Source: Octopus vulgaris
Taxonomy: Eukaryota
Length of the DNA: 64,000 nt
NCBI GenBank assembly: GCA_951406725.2
Contig: OX597830.1
Location: 44,826,001-44,890,000 of the forward strand
Direction of reading: 5' to 3'
Under the pieces are notes generated by a model, which was not told the DNA's origin, did no database searches, and worked only from the letters and a program-made list of their open reading frames with translations. The number at the start of each line of letters is the position of its first letter. Within the stretch, counting starts at the first letter, position 1. This document shows, piece after piece, positions 13,238 to 29,412 of the stretch. The position numbers and the translations under genes were made by a program.

Positions 13238-14484
13238 CCCTTGGTCTACCCAATATTTTCCTTTTAATTAAATTTTATTTAAATTACCACTATTTCTTAG
13301 CTATATTATATATGCCATCAGGCGAATAAAGAATTACTGTTTCACACAAATTTTAATTAAAAAGGTACAGCTTACAGAATATATTATAACCTTTTAAGAA
13401 TTACAAAAATACAGAATTACAGCTCTCCATGGCAGTGAATGCAAACAACATTTGAATGTTCTTGACAAACATGGATATTACAATTCTTACATGTAATACG
13501 AAACTTCCCGTCTTTTGTGGGGACCACACAAAGAACATCTTCCTTTTTTCTTTGGTTGAGGAATCTCAAATGAGGTTGAAGATCATCTTCTTTTTCTGTT
13601 TGGTTGAGAAATGTTAAGAGAACTAGAAGATTGTTTGTCGTGTTCTTGTTGAGCATTAACTTCAGCAAGTTCCTTTCCTAACTGAATTAGACACTGTCTT
13701 CTTTTATCCTCGAAACTTTGCAAGTGAAGCTGTTTAACAATAATGTAAGCATTCACTGCACTTATATCAATCATATTGAAGAATATAACCATAGGCCATC
13801 TTTGACTCATTCTTGTTTTGTTGTAACATGTAATAACTTCAAGTTTCTTCTCAGCACTTTTTGAATCAATTGAAGGCTGAGAGTCATTGTACTCATAAGT
13901 GTGACAACATAATTTTTCTTGGGACAATAAGATAGAATCATAGAATCCTTTTGAAATCCAAATACTGTGCTGTTGATTTCTCTTTCTTTGCCATTTGTGA
14001 AACCACTTGGAAGTTCAACCCTGTTCTTTCTAATTGTTCCAGCTAACGTAGTTTTCTTGCTAAGCAGCTTTCAAGCCAATCCTAGACTTGTAAAAAAATT
14101 ATCACAAGTTATATTGCGACCAGTATGTTCAAGTTCCTAGGTCTTCAACAACTCTTGAACCTTGATTTGTCTCCCTACATTTTACTGGGTCTTTTCCAGT
14201 GTAGATTTGCATTTTCCAGGCATAAGACGTTTCACTGTCGCATATTGCCCAAATTTTAATTCCATATTTCCCTGGTGTTGAAATAATATATACCCGGAAT
14301 GGGCAGCGCCTTCTGAATGAAACTAATTGTTCATCAACTGTCATGCATGAACTTGGAGCATATCTATCTTGCAAATTCTGATTCCACATTTCAAATACTT
14401 CTCTTATGGGTTCCAATTTATCATCACTTCTCTTTTTTTTCTTTGCACTAGCATCATCAAAACGCAATACTTGTAAAATCTGGT

Positions 14485-14485
<1 letters not shown>
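13238..14485 (-). mobile_element. 5'-truncated piggyBac transposon relic
   Basis: LRFDD, TVDEQLVSFRRRCPFRVYI..PGKYGIKIW, RWPMVIFFNMIDIS, C-terminal Cys-rich domain; TTAA|CCCTT terminus at 13234-13242; frameshifts. Confidence 0.9.
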
Positions 14486-16780
<2,295 letters not shown>

Positions 16781-16789
16781 AAGTAATGT

Positions 16790-17330
16790 AAGCAAAAAGT
16801 TTTAAAATTTAGTCTCAAGGCATTTTCCGGCCAACCATAAATAGCATAGAATATTTAATAGAAGAACGCTTAACGTCATATATTCTTATTGCAAGCACTT
16901 CGGCTCTCTAACAAGCCAGCATAGCACGAAAATACTAAGCAAAACTAACGGTACCACTGAAGGAAACAACCGAAAATGTAACTTCAAAGACTAAAGCTGC
17001 TGTCCTTTAGCGGGAGATTGTCTACTTAAAGGCGTAGTAAACAGAGTCAAAGTCCAGATGGACAACACGGATGAATACAAGATGTACACTGGCTAGGCAG
17101 AGAATTCCTTTAAAACGAGACCTTAGCAACTTATGAATTCATTTAAACATCTAGAAAACAGATCTACGACGAGCCTAGCTAAACATATATAGCATTTAAA
17201 AGGAACAAAGTTTTCATCGTTTGAAATCCATTGGGCTGTCTTGGAAATGATGATGCCCATAACAACAGCAGCAACATTACCAACGTGACAACGGAATTCC
17301 ATACGTAATATCATGGAGAATCCTAGAACA
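16790..17330 (+). mobile_element. Penelope-like element relic (GIY-YIG endonuclease)
   Basis: CPLAGDCLLKGVV, KMYTG*AENSFKTR, MNSFKHLENRSTTSLAKHI, IHWAVL; resembles the ORF at 55294-55545. Confidence 0.7.
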
Positions 17331-17610
17331 CCCAGGCCCCTCCATAAACGGGACCAAGCGTTGTAAACTGTGCATAGCTGAACCGGTGAGAATACTAAAG
17401 GTCTTCCTCGACCCGGGGAACATTCTTTACTCCAGAACAGCGGTCTTCGAAACATGTTAACACTTCAGGATATTCCTGCTGGCCTATTGCGATCCACACG
17501 ATAAAAGAGTCATTTACGATTGAGAGCCAAAGGGAGACAGCCCCTATTGTTGACAGAGTAACGATGTATTTTCCTCTTTCAATTTGTAGAAAGGCAACTT
17601 GCTAGGGAGG

Positions 17611-17691
17611 CTATGATCCAATAGGTTTGGGTTTCACGTCCATAAAGCTAAGCGCTTTATGGACGTGAAACCCAAACCTATTGGATCATAG
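17611..17691. repeat. Perfect hairpin with 38-bp arms and 5-nt loop
   Basis: ctatgatccaataggtttgggtttcacgtccataaagc-taagc-exact reverse complement. Confidence 0.95.
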
Positions 17692-19238
17692 ACAGACAGA
17701 CGTGTGTATAGGTTAAGATTTATAATTAAACGTACTAGTTTCTAATTTCGTGCAAATATGTAACCCACATTTTTTATTGTTTTTTTCAAAATCGATGTTG
17801 TTTTAAAATTGATTTAATCTAGAATATAATTATGCTAACTGGAACAGTTGATTATTTTCAAAAGTAAAGAAGTAATCATTTTGATCATAAATTTAATGAA
17901 ATTGAACACTAGATCCATATTCTTGAAACAAACATCCTGAATATAATTATTTTCAGTTACATTTATTTAAAATAGCTGTACATAGTTTGTTTTTGTTTTT
18001 AATTTTAAGAAATGATATATAAACCCCAAAGCTAATCCATTAATGTATGTCGTATTGTTGCTATGTGTAGGTGCTTTCCATGGGTGGCTGTGTTGAGTAT
18101 AGTATGATGTGGGCGAATTAGTTCTCAACTGTTTAATACCCAATATTGCAGAGAAAAACTTACAAATTGCATGGGCATATATTAAATTTATACAAGAGAA
18201 TATAGAATGGATATATATATATATAACAATTGCCAATCCAAAACTTAAAATTTAAAATATATTAGCATAACAGCTGCCATATGCGTATCTTCCATTACTA
18301 TTATACTTAGTCACTAATCTACTTCAACCATTAGCTGTTTTTCTACTTCCTACACTTAATACTACAGCGATCTCTAACTGGATTTCTGCACATATCCACT
18401 ACTCCACTAACCAGGCCCACTTAAGACATCAAACTCTCCTACTCTCATCGCACTTATTTCACATGATCTCTTTGATCGTGCATTAAACTGTCTGTCTACT
18501 CACTCCTCCAAAAGCAACGGTCTTATAACTCTCTCACCAGTCATTTTATTTCTTATTGAAACCAACCTAAACACGTTTAAACTAAAAGTCCACTGTAACA
18601 GTATAGATTTTTTTAATTGGTAACACTAGGCAACAAAATGTTTGCTACTATTAGACGAAACGGTGCTCATAGGTAATTTGGGAGCGCTGATTCCGAATCT
18701 GCAATCATTTTTGTTCTAGCACGTCACGTTTTTGCGCTATCATTATTATGCTGCTATCAAAATTATAATGTGAAAATTCATGACAAATCAAATGTATGTT
18801 ATGTTAAGCGTAAATTACTGTTATTTGATATAAGAACAATAGCAACTAGGTGAACAAGTGACTCTAAAACCAATGAAACACAAGACAAAAGTGTCAGTGA
18901 ATATTATTAATTTTATGTTTTTCAAAAATAGCATTGGCGTCTTCTTTTACGCTTCTGCTGCATATCCGTTTCTCGTTTTAAAAACCAGCAGTAGTCCGTC
19001 AGCATGTTTGCTGTAAGCCTGCCGCTGTAGCGCCTTTCTAGCTCTTTGATTTCGTGATGAAATCGTTCACCCTGCTCATCGCTTACATCACTCATACTGA
19101 GTGGAAAAAAAGTCAAGATGACAGTGGACGAAATGAATTTTTAGAGACATTCCCAAGTCGCTCATAAGCTTTAGAAAAATCATTCACAATTGCAACGTAG
19201 TTAGATGGAGTGGCGGTGTGGTAAGTAGCTTGCTTACC

Positions 19239-21411
19239 TCGTGGCGCATGTACGAATCAGAGTTGCGTTTGATACTGAAGCTGTAAGACGTGTTTTTGAA
19301 GCCGTCTTAAATGGAAGATTTTTGAAACTCAGCTGTAAGGTAAGATTTTTGGTGTCTAGTGGGGACCTGTTGTTTGCCGCAATTATTTTTTACAAACAAG
19401 AAGTCCTCACTGGATTCTAAGTCTACCTGGGGCTGAGTGAATTTGTTTTCACTTAATTGTAAAAATTATTGTTTTGGTGGGTGTTTGAAAATAGTATTTG
19501 TCCAGGAATAACTCCGTGGGAATTTTTAGAAAAATTTCAACAATATTGTTCCTGTCAAGAAAACTGGAATGATTTTTTTAAACTGTTTAACATTTGCGTT
19601 AAAATTTTGGCCTGCAGTGCCGAGTAGCCTTTGCTGTATTTTGAACTGTTGCTCTCTCTTCATCTATCTTTTATTTAAAAAAAACTCTTTATTGAGCTGT
19701 TATTTTTTCTCCTTCCTTTTTGTTTGAACTTTTTTATCTTCCTTCCTTTTTCTTAATTATTTTGTATTTTAAAACTGTATTTTTGGACTTTTTAAAAAAA
19801 CATGGCAAATAACAATTGAAAGTTGGTGGAGTGGGAAATTGCGCCACCCAAAAGATGGTTAAAAGAACTTGAAAGTAAGACGGTGGTTTTGAGGACCTAC
19901 TCTAGGACCCTCGACGCCATTGCCGTTTTCATAAAGGATATAATCGAAAGAGACCTGGCAGAATTTAAGCCAGCGATTAAGTTTATCTCTCGGGGGTCAA
20001 ATACGCAACCATGTGGTTGCTGTTTGAATCCCCAGAAGTGGCTTGTGAATTTGCGAGCCAGCCCTGGAAGGCAATGAAATTTTGTTTCTTCCTACTTATT
20101 GTGGGAAGAAGTTGACGAGAGCTTGGGTATGCGGCTTGCCACCCGGAGTTGAGCACGAAGGGATAGGAGATGCTATCCGCCGGGGTCTGGGTGGCAGTAG
20201 CACTAAGCTCCTCAACGTAAATATTCTGCCTGCGGCTTACTAGGGGGAGTCAAAAATTATTTTGACCCTATGGACCCAGTCAGCCGAAAGTCTGGTATTT
20301 CGAGACTTTTTGAGAATGGCCGGGTCTAGGTATCCGGTAATGCTTCAGGGACGCCCCCCCCGCCAATTGTCATCTGTACCTGGAGCCTGGCCATATAAAT
20401 AAGAACTCTCCTCAAGGGCAAAGCAAAGTCCTGGAGCAGTTGACGGAGACCTCTGCAGAGGAGGGAATGAAGGCGATCGAGGAGACGAAAGACTCCTCAA
20501 AGAAGAGCCGCAAAAGGAAGAAGGTGAGCAATAATGGGTGCCCACCGAAGGATCCTGAGGATGAGGGAGGAGAGGCGAATCTCCCGGTCACGGAAGAGAA
20601 GTACCTTCCCCCAGTCGAGAAGAAAAAAGAGGAAGAGGAGGAGAAACTGGACATTGCTGGCAGTCGGAGACAAGGCGCCGGAGTGTCCCCGAGCCTCATC
20701 GGTTGTGTCACCGGCGGGGCGGAAATTGTGCCGCCAACGGTAGAATTGACACCCTCGGACCCGGAGGACGAAGAACAGTTGGTCTTCTTTTATAGAGGTG
20801 GAGAAGTGGTAAAGGTGGTGGAAGAACACTACGAGGGAGTACCTTTGGCCTTCACACGGGATCCCGAATGGCCTCCGCAGATAGCTGTGGAAGTGATAAC
20901 GTTGCGCGTGTTACATAGGCTGGAGGGACTAAAAGAGAAATATCGCTCGTGGCCGGGTGACGCCAACTCGGAGCCCACCTTGATTTTAAAGCAAGCATGG
21001 GTGATGGTGGAGTACATGGACACAAGCGATGATGAGGTGGAAAATTGACAAGAGGTTGAAAAGCCTCAGTGTTATAAAGTGCAAGAGGCTCAGCGCCTCA
21101 TTTGTAAATGGACTAGTGTTGATTGTATATTGAATATTTTATTGTATGTTATTGCATGTTATTATTTGTAATGGACTATTAAGTCCAATAATTGTAAAAA
21201 ACTGCCGTGAGAGGTTCAATACCGCATTTTGTTTTGTTTTTTTCAGTTGGAAAAAAAGAAGAATGATGTTTTAGAGAAGCAGAAAATCGGCGGACGTTTT
21301 TTGTCTTCTCCCATCAATATCATCCTTGTTTCATCATTCACCTTATCAATGTATGTGTCCAGCCCGCAAGCCTCTCTTTGTAATGCCTTTATGGTAAACC
21401 TTAATGAAATA
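19239..21411 (+). mobile_element. ORF1-only (HAL1-like) non-autonomous L1/Tx1-type retroelement
   Basis: 16-bp TSD aagtagcttgcttacc (19223-19238, 21412-21427); disrupted ORF from ATG 19802 to 21048 with GRPP plus decayed Zn knuckle and acidic tail; A-rich 3' end; no EN/RT. Confidence 0.68.
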
Positions 21412-21665
21412 AAGTAGCTTGCTTACCAACCCATGAGTCTTTGAGACTTCCCATAAGTCTTTGTTGTCAGTGTACGCATGCCTCATTTTGATGTGCACTG
21501 AAAAAGACAGTCGGCAGTATTTAACCTGCCAAAAAGAAGCTGCTGCAAGGTAAGACTTTTGTCTCTTGAGTCCAGTGGGGTTTGTTGTCTGTGGTTATAT
21601 TTTTTACAAACAAGGAGTCCTCAGTGGATTCTAGATGTTGGTCTGCTTGCGGTTCAGCAATATTG

Positions 21666-21946
21666 TTCACATTAAGTGAAATTTTTTTTCCCGTGAGAAG
21701 TACAGTTTGGGGGCGTATCATTCAACCAAAAGTTGTTCACTTTTTTAATAGTGTATGTTTTTACAACAACATTTACCATTAATTCGAAAGCTGTATTTCA
21801 AGTGTTCACCTTAAGTGAAATTTTTTTCTCATTGTGAGAAGTATAGTTTGGTGGCGTATCCTGCCCCCAAAAGTTGTTCGCTGTTTGTGAATAGTGTGCA
21901 TTTTTACAACTACGTCTACCAATAATTGGAAAGCTGTATTTCAAGT
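21666..21946 (+). repeat. Two ~140-bp tandem repeats within a second copy of the retroelement 5' UTR
   Basis: gttcac.ttaagtgaaattttttt...gaaagctgtatttcaagtg twice; 21540-21780 resembles 19330-19590. Confidence 0.75.
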
Positions 21947-23749
21947 GGAGCAGTCCAGGTTCTAATTGGAGTACCATAGGGCTTGGAGTACCTGAACGCC
22001 CAATAGATTTTTTGTTGTGTTTTGTTGAACTATTGTTTTCTATGAGCAACTGATATTAAAGCCGAAGTGCAATCTGGATAAATAATCTTGGATTTGTTCT
22101 TCTTTGAGAAACCTGTGATGTTAGTTAAGCTGAAATAACAATCTGTATAGTGGTTTGTTGGTTCGCGCCATATCATTGGTAATGCAAATGGCATACTTTT
22201 CCATTTACCATTCAGCCATTGGGTTAGTGCTATAGAGCAGATTTTGCAACAAACATGAGGCACCCACAGTTTACCTTGATACCCAACTTTGCACCCAAAA
22301 CAAAACTTGTAAGCATTTAAAAATTTCTTTGTAAGGAAATTTCTCTGATCTTTTGGTGCAAATTTTCCACACACTTAACAAAAGCTGTTCGGGTGATTAA
22401 CACAAACGTTTCTGCTCATCATAAGTACATACAGTAATAACCTAAATCAACACTCAAAGAAGCCCATCAGTTAACTAAAATATAAAATTAATCAACGGTA
22501 AATGTTACAGTAAATCATCAAAATATATTTCTCTCGGAAAAAAAAAATCATTGAAATTATTATAGAATGTACTGAAAGTATGGCTATCATGAAACATTGA
22601 TCACTTTAATAAATAACAAAACTACTTTTCATATAACCTGGCTCCCTATTTGATGTCCTTTGTTTTATGTCCTGTAGTTATCAAGAAAAGTGAGTGTGTG
22701 TGGTTTACTATAACCTAATATCAATAGCCTACCGTTAGGAGAACTTTACTATAATTACAGCGATAATGAAGTAAAATAAATTCTCATCTTTTGTAGCAAT
22801 TTAACAGGTAGCTACATTTTCTTCTGATAGCACTTAATTATTGTTTCACTGATGAGTTTATGAATGAAAATCGAAAGCAAATAGCCTACTACTTTGTCAA
22901 TATTATCAATTGGTTGGAAAATCTGATGCTTTGAATAAATAAAAATTCTACACGTGCTGTCTGAAAACTGATGTCACATTGGGATTCTGCTCCTTCAAGT
23001 TACTCTAAATCAGCTCAAAATGTTTAAATAGCATGACAATTTTTCTTTCTTTTTAGCCCAGTGTAATTAAACTCAAGTAAACACTGGACAGAAAATGAAC
23101 ACGTATTTTTTTCTTTTCCTTTTTTTTTTCAATTATTTTTTTAATAATTATTATTTAAAAAAATTAACAAAGACTTCGCAAAGATATATTTACTCAAGCA
23201 TCTATATGACATTTAGTGAAGCATCTGTACAAGGTATCAAATTTGGGGGAAGGGTTTAAGCCGATTACATCGACCCGAGCGCGTAAGTGATACTTATTTA
23301 ATCAATCCCGAGAGGATGAAATGCAAAGTCGACCGCGGCAGAATTTGAACTCAGAATATGAAGACAAATGAAATACCGCAAAGCATTTTACCCGGCGTGC
23401 TAACGATACTGCTAGCTCGCCACCCTTAGTTAAACATATACATATGAACGCAACGGAAACGTTTTCGGAAATCTTTTAATAACCTTTAGTTATCTCCCTT
23501 AGTGAATCTAACTTCCTCTGCAAGGGAAATAACTCCGACTTCAATATAAAGGGGGGTAATTCAGGTTTTAAATACAATATTGATTTAAAATTTACACAGT
23601 TAAACTAACAAGGAAGTTTTTGTACAACTCGTGAAACAAAAAGAAAAAAGGCATAAGTTACTTTTGTTCAACTCACAGGTTATTAACAATTTTCTGACTG
23701 ATGCGTATGTTTTTTTTTACGGATTCATACATACATTGATACCATACGC

Positions 23750-25017
23750 GGCTAAACATCGATCCAAAATGCCTTTGAATGTCGCATCATTTCCCTTCGG
23801 CAACATTTTCTAGCTATCAAGTGTCGAAGTGCATCCCTTGACCAAGCTTGCATACAAGAGGCTGATAGCCTCATAAGACTTGGAAGGCAGCTCCTCGAGC
23901 AACGCTCTTTGTCTGATAACCTAGAATACATGCCCAAAGAAGTCGCACGACTCTACCGCAGCATATCATCAGATGAAAGGAAGAACCCATATGAACAGAA
24001 GACTTTGCATGGATATATCAGTAGAAAGCTCCGTGATGATAGTAACCTCGATCACCAAAGAAGTTTATCATGGATTTGTTGCCGGATTACTACCTCCCAC
24101 TTTCAAGGGTATGCGTTTGCAATCCAGGAACAGGAAATATCAACCAAGTACCTGATACATAAAGAGATAGAGATGCAAGAAAAACTGTAAGTTGTGACAA
24201 GCGATGCAGACTTTGTGGAGTTCATACTGAAGATGCCACGCATATCATAAGCAATTGTCCGAAAATGTCATCACGATATTATCTATCGATGAGACATGGT
24301 GCTGTAGCTAGAATACTCTACAATGAAATCCGTCGGAAGGATAATCCCGAGGACAAAGAAATAAGAACCGCAAGCCATGGTAGAAGCCATAGCCACTAAC
24401 AATAAAAATGTAAAGGAATACTGGTGAAATGTATCAGGGACCACCTCAATAAAATGTAAGCACACCAGACCTGATATAAAGGCTTGGGATAGAGAAGAGA
24501 GACTGCACAATTGAGGAAATTAGCTGCCCAGCAGATGTTAACATAAAGCTGAAGATAGTGAAAAAGAGAATACCTACGTTGAACTATTGAGAAATCTGCG
24601 TTGAACTATTGAGAACTATTGACAATCCAGATTACAAGTTCAAGTTTATATCTGTAATTACTGGGAAACCGGTATATGTATTACACTGCCTAAATACCAT
24701 TCTTGAGATATTTAGGCTTCTCAAAACCAGAAAAGAGAAAGCTAGTTCGAAGGCTACAGATCCAATCCATCACTGGAACTGTAAAAATTTGTAAAACTTT
24801 CCAGAAGTTTATCATTTAAATATATATGAGCATATCCAGACGTGCAACTATATGCATGAGATTATATACATAAAACATACAAATCTGCACATCCATACAT
24901 GCATACATACATACATACATACATACATACATACATACATACATACATACATACATAAAATACCCTGTTGATGATGTTGAAATTTCAATGAAGGAGTCTT
25001 GGATCGAGGTTAGAAAG
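23750..25017 (+). mobile_element. Degenerate Dong/R4-like (RLE) LINE 3' part with tail
   Basis: KTLHGY, GYAFAIQEQEI, CRLC..ED..HIISNC, RHG, RPDI; tail also at 3560-3805 and 7770-8035. Confidence 0.8.
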
Positions 25018-26763
25018 AGTGAAGTGCGTGCGAATGGGACCGCCCCCCCCCCCATTACCACCCTAATCAACTCCGCTGCGCAAGTTTTGTTCTCACACCA
25101 CTTATCTCAACTTCTCCCCAATTAAGTCCTTCGGCAACGAGCAACAGATGACGGGAGCAAGAACTGTATGATGTTATAAGCCCTTAGTCTGGATCCTGCA
25201 CATGGGTGACGCAGGCAATACGGCCGACTCGATGTTACCCTGGGACTGCACATCGATTCGTGTTCTACCTGCTTGACCAGGTGGACCTTTTAAGGACTAG
25301 CACCGCCTGCCTCAGCTGAAGAGAGGCCTATGAAATGTGGTCTAAAAGACGCCAATCCTTTTTCGCCTGGCCAGGAAATCGCACCTGGTAGGCCATTCCA
25401 CACTGTACTCGATGATTAAAAGGAAAATCCTCTCATTTTTGCTACCTGCAACATACGAACCTTGATACACCATGATGACCACGTTGGGGCCACGCTCATC
25501 GCCTCTGAACTCAAACGATACAATGTGGATATCACTGCACTCAGCGAAACAAGATTTCCTGATGAATGCTTTCTCACTGGGATACATATACTTCTGGAAA
25601 GGCCTTCCTCAATGCAATAATAGAATTCATGGTGTTGGATTTACTGTCCGTTCGTCATTACTGGAGAACATCTCTTCGATTGCAACCGATATAAGTGAAA
25701 GGCTGATGACTTTCCGAATTCTCCTCAGTAACAAAGTGCACGCCACTATCTTCAGTGTCTATTCCCCAATATTAGAGACTATTAAAGACACGAAAGATAC
25801 CTTCTACGAGTCTCTTAACTCGGTTAAGAGAAGGTTACGTCGCACAGACAAAGGTATTCTTGGAGATTTCAGTGATAGAGTCGGTTTCAATGTAAACATC
25901 TGGCCCAGAGATCTCGGTTCTCATGGGATAGGCAAAATGAATACCAATGGTCTTCACCTTTTGCGCCTGTGTGCCGAGCACAATCTCGTGATTACGAAGA
26001 CCATTTTTCAGCAGCCCAATAAATACAAGTTCTACTGGAGACATCTTCGTTCCAAGATGTGGCATCTCCTCGATTACGTGAGCGTTCGTGAACATGATCA
26101 GAAAGTTGTCCTCCATATCAAATATATGCGTGATGCAGAATGTTGGACCGATCACCGCATGTATGTGTCCTCAGATCCGCCCTCCGGCCACGAAAAGCAA
26201 AGTGTTTCCCATACTCAATGTGGCCTGTTTTTCCAGTACAACGAAACAAGATAAGCTTCAAGAAAACCTCGCTACTGCCTTCCCACTTCTTCCAGCTCTT
26301 TCAGTTCCAAAAGAGCTCCATCGCAATATGGAAAAAACATTGAGAATTATATTGAACAAATCGAGGTCGAACAGAATGAATTCAATTCACTCTGGGACTC
26401 TGCCATGTCCATCATTTGACAAACTACTGAATCCACTCTTGGAAAAACCCACATGAAGAACCTTGATTTGTTTAATGAATCTGCAGACATCATCCAAACT
26501 CTTTTGTAGACGAAGAACCATGCTCATAACGCCCACCTCACAAATTCTTGTACCTTAGCCTCAAAGTGGTTTCTGAAGCACAAAATGTCTGGTGGCTCCG
26601 CAACTCCGAAAAGATCCAATGTTTGGCTGACGAAAATAAATCTTGCGAATTCTACAACTCGATTAAACATATCTTCGGTCCTTCGCACTGCCCGATTGCA
26701 CCTGCCCGTGCCGCTGACGGCAATACTTTAATTAAAGAAAAAGAAAAGATCTTTGCGCAATAG
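25018..26763 (+). mobile_element. RTE-clade LINE 5' part (APE endonuclease), degenerate
   Basis: HGVGF, ISERLM, SVYSP, ILGDFSDRVG, NTNGLHLLRLC, WRH.RSKMWHLLDY, CWTDHR; frameshifts. Confidence 0.88.
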
Positions 26764-28033
26764 ACTTCTGCTTACAAATTCAGAAACCAACAACAAATAT
26801 TGAACGTGAAACTTTACAGAAGCTCAGCTGTTCATTTAAATAACGGTGCGTATGATTCTGGTTTTCAGGCTGGACACACGCGCTTATTCTCCTCGCTTCA
26901 TTCCAAGAATTTCCAAGAAACATGCGAGAACGGTATTACGAGGCAATGGCTTTAGTAAGTTAATCTGGCTCGTCTGATATTTTCATTTTATAACATTTAA
27001 TTCAAATTGACCAGAAATTAAGGATAACTTATTTCATGAACAAAATCCCTCAAAAAGACCAGAATGGGAGCAAGGTATTTCAGACTGAAACTAAAATAAC
27101 TTTTGAATGGTGTTAAAACGAGACACGTTTTCGATGGAGTTGCTTGCTCATTTGCTCACCAATGATTATCAGAAGAAGCGATCGTCATGTGGCCATATCT
27201 TGATAATATTACATCCAGATGACCCGTTGGGAATAGATCAGATTGTTTGCGATGAAGGAAGACGGACAGTGAAGTTGTACAGGATGAAGTAAAACGGCAT
27301 TTTCATTGGAGACATGTGAGTGCACCTGGAGTGATGTCGTGAGTGCATGAAAACAGAATACATAACAAATCCCATGCTATTATACTGGCTGCCAGTGCAT
27401 TTGCAACAAGAATCCGTCTTTTTCAGAGAAGGTAATGAGACAGAAGCGTTAGAGAGAGACAAAGCCGCCCGTCGTAACGCGTCTCTGCCATCATGGTTTG
27501 TCCTTAGTAAATGATACAAAAATACAAGACGCCGGTTACATATTGATATTCCTTATCATTATATGTGTAACAAAAGGATGACTGCTTGGAAACTACACGA
27601 GAGATGAGAAGAGAAACTTATTTCAAGAATTTAGTTTCTAAGTCCAAAGCAAAAAGAAATATTTTATCTGAGATTGTTATTGTTATATGTTGAAGAAGCT
27701 CGCACTTTTTGATGATCTTAAAACAGCTGATGGTGTACGATATAAGTTATGATGAAATAGCTGTCATTGTTTTAAAAACACAAGTGGAAATATACTTTAT
27801 AAATGAGTGCGACCCATTATTTTCAACTCACAGCGGGAAATGTTACATTTAAGAATTATTAGAATTTAAAAAAAATTCTTAACTGCAAAGTCTTTAGATA
27901 CGAAATTTATCAATGGTTGCTTTAATTGTTTTGACAAAATTTTTGGTATTTTTCACTTGTGTGTAGTACGTACATGCAAGCAAACACACATACATTCACA
28001 TGCACGCACCCACACAGACACATACAGCCATAC

Positions 28034-28101
<68 letters not shown>

Positions 28102-28359
28102 GTATGTAGTATTGTATGTATGTATGTATGTATAATCTGGTGATCTTATGCCATCTCAAGCGTTAAGTCAATACCTTTTCATCCGGAATATCTTTATAAG
28201 GTGTATTGAATAGATACAAACACTTCACTTGAGGAATACAATGCCAGCTAATAGTGATAAATCGATACGAAGTTCATATAATGATTATCCTTCATCTAGA
28301 AGATAGATTTAAAGTAGTAACATCTCGTTCTTGACAGCCATTTCTACCTAGAAAACAGA

Positions 28360-29190
28360 ATAAGCTATGTTAGTCCCAGAACAGCAATCAGGTTTCTCCA
28401 CAAACTTGGTTACTATGGCAGAGCAACAAGAAGGAAGCCACTTCTTCGAGCAACCAACACCAAGCGGAGAAAAGATTGGGCCAGTGAGATGGTGGAGAGG
28501 CCACTAGCATTTTGGAACACTGTAATAGTCTCTGAAGAGTCTAGATTTGCTGTATTTCCTGACAGTGGTCGAGTGTCGGTCTGGAGACTCTGTGATCAAA
28601 ACTTTAATGTGAAAAGATTCCGGCCAAGAAACACAGCAGCTATTCTATGATGATCTGGGGAGCAATTTGGAGCAATGATTGATCAGAGTTGGTGGAGTGT
28701 GAGAGAAACATAAACTCAGAAAAATTTATGTTCACATTGCAGAAAGGACACCTTCCAATCTTCTTCAGTAGTGAAATGATCAAAGAAGACTATTTATGAA
28801 AGATAGGGCTCCTTGTCACACGGCTAAAATGAGATGAGAAGGGCATTAAAAAGCTTCCATGACCAAGCCAGTCACCAGATATGAACTCTAATGAACAGTT
28901 CTGGGACATAATGGACAAGACACTTCATAAAAATAACAAGAAGGCATCATCAAAGCCAGAACTTTTGAGATTACTGCATGACACTTGGCAAGAAATACTG
29001 CAAGAGAATATTTGCCATCTAATCAGTAAGATGCCTAATAGGGGCTTTGCATTGAAAAATGCATAGGGCATGTCAACTAAGTAGTAGATATTCACATTAT
29101 GAAAATTATTAAATAATTTGTATGTATTATTTCAGATTTGAATAAATTTCAATGATTGTAAAGGTGTCTATTTACTTCTGTTATGTCTGT
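28360..29190 (+). mobile_element. Tc1-like transposase relic
   Basis: VIVSEESRF, MIWGAI, DRAPCH, PSQSPDMNSNEQFW, LISKMPNR. Confidence 0.8.
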
Positions 29191-29412
29191 GTATGTATGT
29201 AAGTATGTATATATGTATCTATGTATATACATTTAGGTAGCCATATAATATGTAAGTACATATGTATATACATATATATGTGTAAAAAAAAACAAAGTTA
29301 GTGGTTGAAAATAAACAACATAAATGGTCACACAACTTCAAATCATCCCCATAAATTCATACCGTAGAATGATGGATCCTCAGAACGGGAAACTTCTCTG
29401 ATGAAGATTTTT

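Larger units (their letters stand above)
18624..23063 (-). mobile_element. Chapaev3-type DNA transposon, internally deleted, with nested insertions
   Basis: TAA|CACTAGG...CCCAGTG|TAA termini with 3-bp TSD; N-term WVPHVCC...MPFALPMIWREPTNHYTDCYF (22030-22420); C-term SDEQGERFHHEI...MLTDYCW (18922-19200). Confidence 0.82.

Noticed and set aside
20440-21048. 202-aa acidic ORF as a host gene
   Set aside because: It is the 3' part of a disrupted ORF inside a TSD-bounded retroelement
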